Virus record (IMG/VR): IMGVR_UViG_3300031857_000014
Direction: 5' to 3' (one strand)
Source: a virus
Taxonomy: Duplodnaviria > Caudoviricetes
Length of the DNA stretch: 64,000 nucleotides
Shown: positions 58,026 through 64,000 of the stretch, piece after piece
Layout: each line of letters starts with the position of its first letter
Position numbering within the stretch: position 1 is the first letter of the stretch
The notes under the pieces: generated by a model
Told to the model about the DNA's origin: nothing
What the model saw: the letters and a program-made list of their open reading frames with translations, nothing else
Databases searched by the model: none
Program-made: the position numbers and the translations under genes

Positions 58026-60305
58026 ATGAAAAAAATATCAATCATTTTAATTTTAACAATAATCTTTTCTTCAGCAAATGCAAGAAAATTTTACTTTAGT
58101 AGTTCTACAGGTAGTGATACCTACACTACAACTCAAGCACAAAATCAATCAACTCCATGGGCGAGTCTTAAAAAAATGGAACAAGTGTCACGAACTGCGA
58201 ATGTTTTTCAAGCGGGTGACACATTAGCATTTAAACGTGGTGATGTTTTTGCGAACGGGTACATCAATACTTTTGCAAGTATGCAATGGAGAAATGATGG
58301 TGGTACTTATTGGATTGCACCAAGTGGTACTCCAGATAGACCTATTGTAATCACAAATTACGGAGACCAAACTTTACCATTACCAAATTGGTTATGGCCA
58401 ACAACCACATCTCCTGTTAACGCTTGGCCAAACACAAGGCCGGCAAGACATGTTGTTTGTTTTACAGGTGTTGCGAATATAGTGATTGATGGTATTCAAT
58501 CCAATGATTTCAGATTTCCCGAGAATGATAAAATTACACCCGCATATACAGGTGGATGGTTAATTGGAGAATGGACAAATTCTAGAACTGTCAATGGAGT
58601 TTATGTTCAAGGTGCGAATAACCCCAATAATAGAAAATATATGGTTACAAACTTCAAGGTTCGTAACTGTGTGTTTAATAACATTCAATATGGTTTTGGT
58701 GGGATAGCTGCAATTAATAGCGAATTTAGTTATAATAGAATAACAAATTTAAAGGCTACGACAGATACTGCTGGTGTGAATGATGTGATGGCAGGTGCTT
58801 TCGAAGCTTTAAGTGGGTTTTATGTCAATATACATCACAACTATATAAAAGGGGCTTGGGCTAAAAGTGGACGAATAAGTTCAACAAATGGACTCGGCGG
58901 TGTTGGTTTTGATATTCTTAACTTAAAAAATAGTAAAATTGCATATAATACAGTGATTGATTGTTCGGGTATGTGGGAAATTGGTAATCTGGACAGATTA
59001 GACTCTACTTCAGGTGCACAATACGATACCTTCGCATTTAACAAAGTAATTAACTGTGGTAATTTCGGTTATTTACATGGTTCGACAGGATCATTTATTG
59101 GTAATAATCATCATTTATCTTTTTGGAACAATGTAATAATATCTAATAACAAAGACAGACAAAATGGATTAGGTTTTGGAAAAGACGTTTATGGGGATGG
59201 ACAAGGATTTGCACCAGGGACACCTAATGCTTGGTGGATGTGTAGAAACCCTTTGAGTACATGGAATCAATCACCATATATCCCTTCAACAACTACAACA
59301 GCTGGTTCAAACATAGTTACCGTGAGTAATGTAACAGGAATACGAATAGGTAGTGTAGCATTCGCAAACAATGATAGTCTTTTAGGTACAACATATCAAA
59401 CAGTTACTGTAACATCAATAAACGGAAATCAACTCACATTGAGTGTAAACTGTACTCGTTCTACTATCACTACGAATGTGGCTTATTACCTACCTGTATC
59501 TGATACCACATGGAGTACTCCACTCAATTCATCATTTGCTAATTACGGTGGTACAAGAGCTTTTATTCAGTATGCTTCTGACAATACCACTTTTGGTTCA
59601 TATATTGATACAATGATTGATAGTAGAAATAATATCATGTATTGGACCACAGGTATACAAGGAGTTTATGATAGAACAAGATTCAAAAGAAATAGTAATA
59701 TATACACACCTATTGGTGGTGCTAGATTTACAACTTCGGTCGGTAGTCCATTAAGAACTTCTGAAAGAGTTATCACAACCAAACTATTCAGGGACACTAC
59801 CGCCTTATATCCCGAGGATTGGGACTTACATCCTGTGGATACAAGTTACGCTTATGCGACAGGGTCACCAACACCAGGGTTTACCGTAGACTTTGAAGGT
59901 AAACCAATAACGACACCTTTTATCGGATTATTTTCAAAGTTAAATGTCGTTACTATAGATACTTGTAGATTCACATATGGACAGTGGAGTTCTTGTAATG
60001 GAAGTTTTCAAACAAGACCATATACCTCATTTCCCTCGGGTTGTGTTGGCGTCCCACCACTTGATAGTATTCAAAGAAGTTGTGTCGTTGTTTCACCGGT
60101 TAGATATTTTTATTATAGTCCAAGTAGAGTTAGTATTAGAATTGAATCATCTACTTCAGGAGTAATTACAATTACAAATACTTTAGGTCAAGTAATTCGT
60201 AATATAAATTATTCTGCAGGAGGTTCTTGGAAAAGTGTTAATTTTTTACCTTCCGGAACATATACTGCAAGAACTTATGATAAATCATTTTTGTTTATAA
60301 GATGA
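58026..60305 (+). CDS. exported right-handed beta-helix protein with a T9SS type A C-terminal domain
   Basis: Signal peptide; YFSSSTGSD...PWASL...GDTLAFKRG (beta-helix N-cap); Asn ladders; C-terminal ITNTLGQVI...FLPSGTY. Confidence 0.8.
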   Translation: MKKISIILILTIIFSSANARKFYFSSSTGSDTYTTTQAQNQSTPWASLKKMEQVSRTANVFQAGDTLAFKRGDVFANGYINTFASMQWRNDGGTYWIAPSGTPDRPIVITNYGDQTLPLPNWLWPTTTSPVNAWPNTRPARHVVCFTGVANIVIDGIQSNDFRFPENDKITPAYTGGWLIGEWTNSRTVNGVYVQGANNPNNRKYMVTNFKVRNCVFNNIQYGFGGIAAINSEFSYNRITNLKATTDTAGVNDVMAGAFEALSGFYVNIHHNYIKGAWAKSGRISSTNGLGGVGFDILNLKNSKIAYNTVIDCSGMWEIGNLDRLDSTSGAQYDTFAFNKVINCGNFGYLHGSTGSFIGNNHHLSFWNNVIISNNKDRQNGLGFGKDVYGDGQGFAPGTPNAWWMCRNPLSTWNQSPYIPSTTTTAGSNIVTVSNVTGIRIGSVAFANNDSLLGTTYQTVTVTSINGNQLTLSVNCTRSTITTNVAYYLPVSDTTWSTPLNSSFANYGGTRAFIQYASDNTTFGSYIDTMIDSRNNIMYWTTGIQGVYDRTRFKRNSNIYTPIGGARFTTSVGSPLRTSERVITTKLFRDTTALYPEDWDLHPVDTSYAYATGSPTPGFTVDFEGKPITTPFIGLFSKLNVVTIDTCRFTYGQWSSCNGSFQTRPYTSFPSGCVGVPPLDSIQRSCVVVSPVRYFYYSPSRVSIRIESSTSGVITITNTLGQVIRNINYSAGGSWKSVNFLPSGTYTARTYDKSFLFIR

Positions 60306-60946
60306 GAATAATTTTAATGTTATTAATTTTATTTAGTCCTAATTTACAGGTTTATCAAGAAAATCTTGTAACAGAAAATGAACATGTTTTAATACGAATT
60401 TTTAAATATGAACAAGAACTTGAAGTTTGGGTGAATAACTCAGAAAAAAAAGAATACTATTTGTATAAAAAGTATTCCATTTGTAAAATAAGTGGAACTC
60501 TCGGACCAAAAAGAAAAGAAGGTGATTATCAAGTTCCAGAAGGGTTTTATTACATAAACGATTTTAACCCTAAAAGTAAATATAAAAAAAGTTTAGGTAT
60601 AAATTATCCAAATGAATCTGATAAAATACTAAGTACATATAAAAAATTAGGTGGAAACATATACATACATGGTGATTGTGTTTCAGTTGGGTGTATTGCT
60701 ATTGGTAATAAATTTATTGAAGAGTTATTTTTAATTTGTATAAGAACAAAAAATCCGATTCCGGTTCACATTTTCCCAATTAACTTTAACAATAATAAAT
60801 CTAAAAATTCATTACTATATTACAATTATGTTTATGAAAACAAAAATTTTGAAACTAATTTAAAAAATGGTTTTAACTTTTTTGAAGAAAAAAAATATCC
60901 GCCAAAAATAAAAGTAGACAGTTTGGGATATTACCAATTTTTTTAG
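60302..60946 (+). CDS. L,D-transpeptidase (YkuD) family protein, YafK/DpaA-like
   Basis: GPKRKEGDYQVPEGFY, SLGINYPN, GGNIYIHGDCVSVGC (HxxxxSxGC catalytic motif). Confidence 0.88.
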   Translation: MRIILMLLILFSPNLQVYQENLVTENEHVLIRIFKYEQELEVWVNNSEKKEYYLYKKYSICKISGTLGPKRKEGDYQVPEGFYYINDFNPKSKYKKSLGINYPNESDKILSTYKKLGGNIYIHGDCVSVGCIAIGNKFIEELFLICIRTKNPIPVHIFPINFNNNKSKNSLLYYNYVYENKNFETNLKNGFNFFEEKKYPPKIKVDSLGYYQFF

Positions 60947-60960
60947 TTATATTTACAAAT

Positions 60961-61644
60961 ATGAAAATAGTATTAATTTCAGACACTCACGGTTTACATG
61001 AAAAAATGTTGTATAACTTACCTGAAGGTGATATGATAATCTGTGCTGGAGATATAAGTAATGTCGGTAGTATATTTGAAATTAATCAATTTACACAATG
61101 GTTTTCTAAATTGCAGTATAAATACAAAATTTTTATTGCGGGTAACCATGATTTTGGTTTTGAAAAAATTAGAAAATCTAATGAAATAGGTATTAGTATT
61201 CCACATGGTGTGATATATCTTGAAGATGAAATGGTTGAAATTGAAGGATTAAAAATATATGGTAGTCCTTGGCAACCCGAATTTCATAATTGGGCATTTA
61301 ATTTACCAAGAAACGGTGATCAAATAAAATTCAAATGGGATTCAATACCTGATGATACAGATATATTAATTACTCACGGACCACCTTTTGAATGTTTAGA
61401 TATTACACCAACAAATCAAAGAGTTGGTTGTGAATTATTAAAAATTAGATTAGATGATTTGAAACCAAAACTTCATGTGTTTGGTCATATACATGACAGT
61501 TATGGAATAAAATATACAAGTGACACATTATCTGTAAATGCGTCTATTTGTAATGAAAGATATCAACCGATAAATAAACCAATTGTTGTTGAGGTGTCTG
61601 AAGTTTATGGTGAAAAAGTCATAACTTATGTTGATAATGGTTGA
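60961..61644 (+). CDS. calcineurin-like metallophosphoesterase
   Basis: ISDTH, AGD, AGNHD, THGPP, FGHIH. Confidence 0.92.
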   Translation: MKIVLISDTHGLHEKMLYNLPEGDMIICAGDISNVGSIFEINQFTQWFSKLQYKYKIFIAGNHDFGFEKIRKSNEIGISIPHGVIYLEDEMVEIEGLKIYGSPWQPEFHNWAFNLPRNGDQIKFKWDSIPDDTDILITHGPPFECLDITPTNQRVGCELLKIRLDDLKPKLHVFGHIHDSYGIKYTSDTLSVNASICNERYQPINKPIVVEVSEVYGEKVITYVDNG

Positions 61645-61694
61645 TAAGATATTTAATATTTTTCATAGATATTTATATAGTACAACTAAATAAC

Positions 61695-61922
61695 ATGAAA
61701 AAAATCGTAAACTTTTTTAAGTCTATTTTTACTACTCTTGGTTTAGACACTCAAATTGAAGAAATAAAAAAAGAGATAAAAGAAGAGGTTAAAGAAACCG
61801 TTGAAGAAGTAAAAACAAAGACTAGAAAACAAGTTAAAACCGCAAAAGAAAAAGTTTTAGGTAAGGAGGAAAAATCCACCAAAAAACAACCAGTCAAAAA
61901 AACTTCAGCAAAAAAGAAATAA
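61695..61922 (+). CDS. small Lys/Glu-rich protein
   Basis: Start MKKIV at 61695 after a TATTTAT motif. Confidence 0.6.
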   Translation: MKKIVNFFKSIFTTLGLDTQIEEIKKEIKEEVKETVEEVKTKTRKQVKTAKEKVLGKEEKSTKKQPVKKTSAKKK

Positions 61923-61966
61923 TTTCAAATTATTTTATTATCTTTGTATTAGTTCTTTAAAATTAT

Positions 61967-62384
61967 GGGCCTGCCTTGGTTTTGACGGACATTTGTATGG
62001 TAAATGGGCATGTAGTCGGATGTCATCTACGACTTAAATCTACGGTGGTAAAATTCAAACGGCAACGTTTACAACAACATGGAAATTGCAGGTCTTCTTG
62101 CAACTTCTAAAGTAGCTGCTTAATTAAGTACCTACTCTCGGGTCGGTTAGGACATATAACCTAGGAACAGAAGTCCATGAGGTTTAACACCTACCACGTG
62201 ATTCAGTTCAGAAAAGTGTGTTGGAGCAAATCAGACGGCTCCTTAAATCCGGTTTGGGGATTGTTGGAAGTAGTTATCTAAATCTATAACTTCCTATTTG
62301 TTGATTATGAATAATCAAATAAACATGTAGTCCATTTATTGTTCGGTGTTTCGGACAGCGGTTCGACTCCGCTCAGGTCCACCA
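61967..62384 (+). ncRNA. ssrA: tmRNA; predicted tag (A)GNVYNNMEIAGLLATSKVAA at 62061-62123
   Basis: GGGCCTG/CAGGTCC-ACCA acceptor with G3.U70, TTGACGG near the 5' end, GCGG-TTCGACT-CCGC T arm, internal ORF ending AA-stop. Confidence 0.95.
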
Positions 62385-62391
62385 CAAATAA

Positions 62392-62418
62392 AATTCCCCT
62401 CATTTGAGGGGTTTTTTG
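62392..62418. terminator. intrinsic terminator after tmRNA
   Basis: CCCCTCA-TT-TGAGGGG followed by a T-tract. Confidence 0.75.
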
Positions 62419-62585
62419 TTTCAAGGACACATTGTCCTTGATAATGTCTTTGAGAGGTCTATAAACGAACAAGAGAGGTCTTTAGGACCCCTCTGTCGAG
62501 ATTTTAGAATACCTCCTTTTCGTTTTTTAAAGGTTATCATCTAATGGCGACCAAACCGATTAGACTCTATTAATAAATATCTTAA

Positions 62586-63548
62586 TTAAACACTTTGTGC
62601 TAACATTTTTAACATATTTAACCCCATTGCGTTTGATAAAACTGAAGATTGTCCCGCAGCAGGTGCACCTGCTTGTGCAGACATACTTTCTATTTGTGAT
62701 AACTCTTGCGGTGTCGTAGACTGATTTATCAATTGTGAAAATCTTGGGTCATTAGCAAGTTGTTCCCTAAATTTTTCATCTGATTTAAACTTATCTGAAA
62801 ATGCTTCAAAACTCGGTAGACCAAACATATCCAATAAATTATTAGATATTACAAAATATTTGACCATATCCCTTCTACCTTTTCTAGCAGGCATTACAAC
62901 ATTCCACCAATTAGATAACCATGTTTTGGGTTCATGTCCGCGCTTTGTAACATATTGAGATAGTTTTTCATCCTGAAAAAACTTTTTATATCCTGAACTA
63001 AAAGATTTACCCGCAGATATTTCTTTTCCTATTGTTTTACCGACATGAGCGGGTCTAGTTTTACCTAAACTCTCTCCAATTTTTTGTATTGCGGTTTTAT
63101 GTTCAGTAATTGATTTAGTTAGTCCATTTGCCGCTTTTGTTCCAACAACAGGTATATTGTCTAATTGACTAATTGTTTTTCCTATTAACGGGTTGTTCAA
63201 GTGTTGACCTAATTTTACATACTCCTTTGCAAATTGTGGGTTTGTTGCAGCAAATCTTACCATATCATCACCACTCTTTAATGCCACTTTACCCGCAACT
63301 CCGGAACCTTTTAATAAACTAATTATTGGTTTTGCAATAAAGTCACCCACAGTTGGAATCAATGCAATTAACATCAAACCGGCGTATAGGTATTCTTTTT
63401 TATAGATATATCTGATTATTAATATGATATCAAAGACTTCACCGATTACCGGAATAAAACCTCCAACCATTAATGCGTTCTCAATAAAGTCTTCATTGAG
63501 AACTTTTTTTGATTCTAAAATTTCTTTTTTTGTGTATTCTTTTCTCAT
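62586..63548 (-). CDS. hypothetical protein with a pre-toxin-TG-like hydrophobic hairpin
   Basis: VLNE|DFIENALMVGGFIPVIGEVFD...YLYAGLMLIALIPTVGD. Confidence 0.7.
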   Translation of the reverse strand: MRKEYTKKEILESKKVLNEDFIENALMVGGFIPVIGEVFDIILIIRYIYKKEYLYAGLMLIALIPTVGDFIAKPIISLLKGSGVAGKVALKSGDDMVRFAATNPQFAKEYVKLGQHLNNPLIGKTISQLDNIPVVGTKAANGLTKSITEHKTAIQKIGESLGKTRPAHVGKTIGKEISAGKSFSSGYKKFFQDEKLSQYVTKRGHEPKTWLSNWWNVVMPARKGRRDMVKYFVISNNLLDMFGLPSFEAFSDKFKSDEKFREQLANDPRFSQLINQSTTPQELSQIESMSAQAGAPAAGQSSVLSNAMGLNMLKMLAQSV

Positions 63549-64000
63549 TTGTGTATTGCTTTACAAAATAAATCTGCGACTGTCTCACCAAAATTAGATT
63601 TTCTTAATGCTTCACCAAACATATTACCGACATAAGTAGAACCCACACCAGACCAGTCGTAATCATTACTATTTACTTTGGTAACACTTCCACCCAATTG
63701 TCTGATTACAACTTCACCTACAGCATCAAATACATTTGGTGCTCCTGCCATACAAGATGACTTATCTTTAAACATTCTAATTATATCTAAAGGACTTTTC
63801 ACATAATCCGCTAATCCTTGTGCTAATTTAGTTGAAAGACTATCACTAAGACCTAAAGCGGCAAGAATATATTTTATTGCGAATTCTCTTGCTCCGGAAT
63901 AAAGACTTTCTTTTGCCATTCCACCCCAATCAATTTTTTCTAAAGGGTTTTCGAATTCATTTAATTGAATTAGTATTTCTTTTTCAGTATAACCTTCAGA
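63545..64000 (-). CDS. hypothetical protein, 5'-truncated by the window end
   Basis: The frame stays open from 64000 (SEGYTEKEILIQLNEFEN...) into the ORF-track sequence MAKESLY. Confidence 0.75.
   Translation of the reverse strand, partial: SEGYTEKEILIQLNEFENPLEKIDWGGMAKESLYSGAREFAIKYILAALGLSDSLSTKLAQGLADYVKSPLDIIRMFKDKSSCMAGAPNVFDAVGEVVIRQLGGSVTKVNSNDYDWSGVGSTYVGNMFGEALRKSNFGETVADLFCKAIHK

Overview
This window is a 64-kb AT-rich segment of a very large T4-like (huge/jumbo) phage that most likely infects Bacteroidota. Host evidence: TAnnTTTG promoters, a Bacteroidota-type bS21, a tmRNA tag starting with Gly, an outer-membrane beta-barrel and type IX secretion (T9SS) C-terminal domains. From left to right it contains: (1) a repeat protein, a WYL protein, glycosyltransferases, dUTPase, PhoH, a gp55-like sigma and baseplate-like genes; (2) a minus-strand head module (major capsid, scaffold, prohead protease, portal, large terminase) with a plus-strand bS21 gene inside it; (3) a ParB-like/nucleotidyltransferase fusion, KTSC, Hsp20, a Clp ATPase and RNA-repair-type genes; (4) three Gly-rich paralogues and a 2031-aa fibre; (5) an RNA island; (6) an island of exported proteins; (7) a tmRNA. 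The RNA island holds tRNA-Leu(UAA) split by a group I intron with an HNH gene in its P1 loop, tRNAs Arg, Asp, Glu and Ile2/Met, several unexplained structured RNAs including a tRNA-shaped RNA without an anticodon, and a ~0.9-kb ornate ncRNA behind rRNA-like tandem promoters. The exported-protein island encodes an OMP, PKD proteins, type A and type B T9SS cargo, a lipoprotein and an L,D-transpeptidase-family protein. The best candidates for new biology are the phage-encoded T9SS cargo island, the RNA island, and a promoter-to-ATG spacing that suggests leaderless mRNAs in a bS21-encoding phage. All family assignments come from reading motifs by eye; no searches were run.
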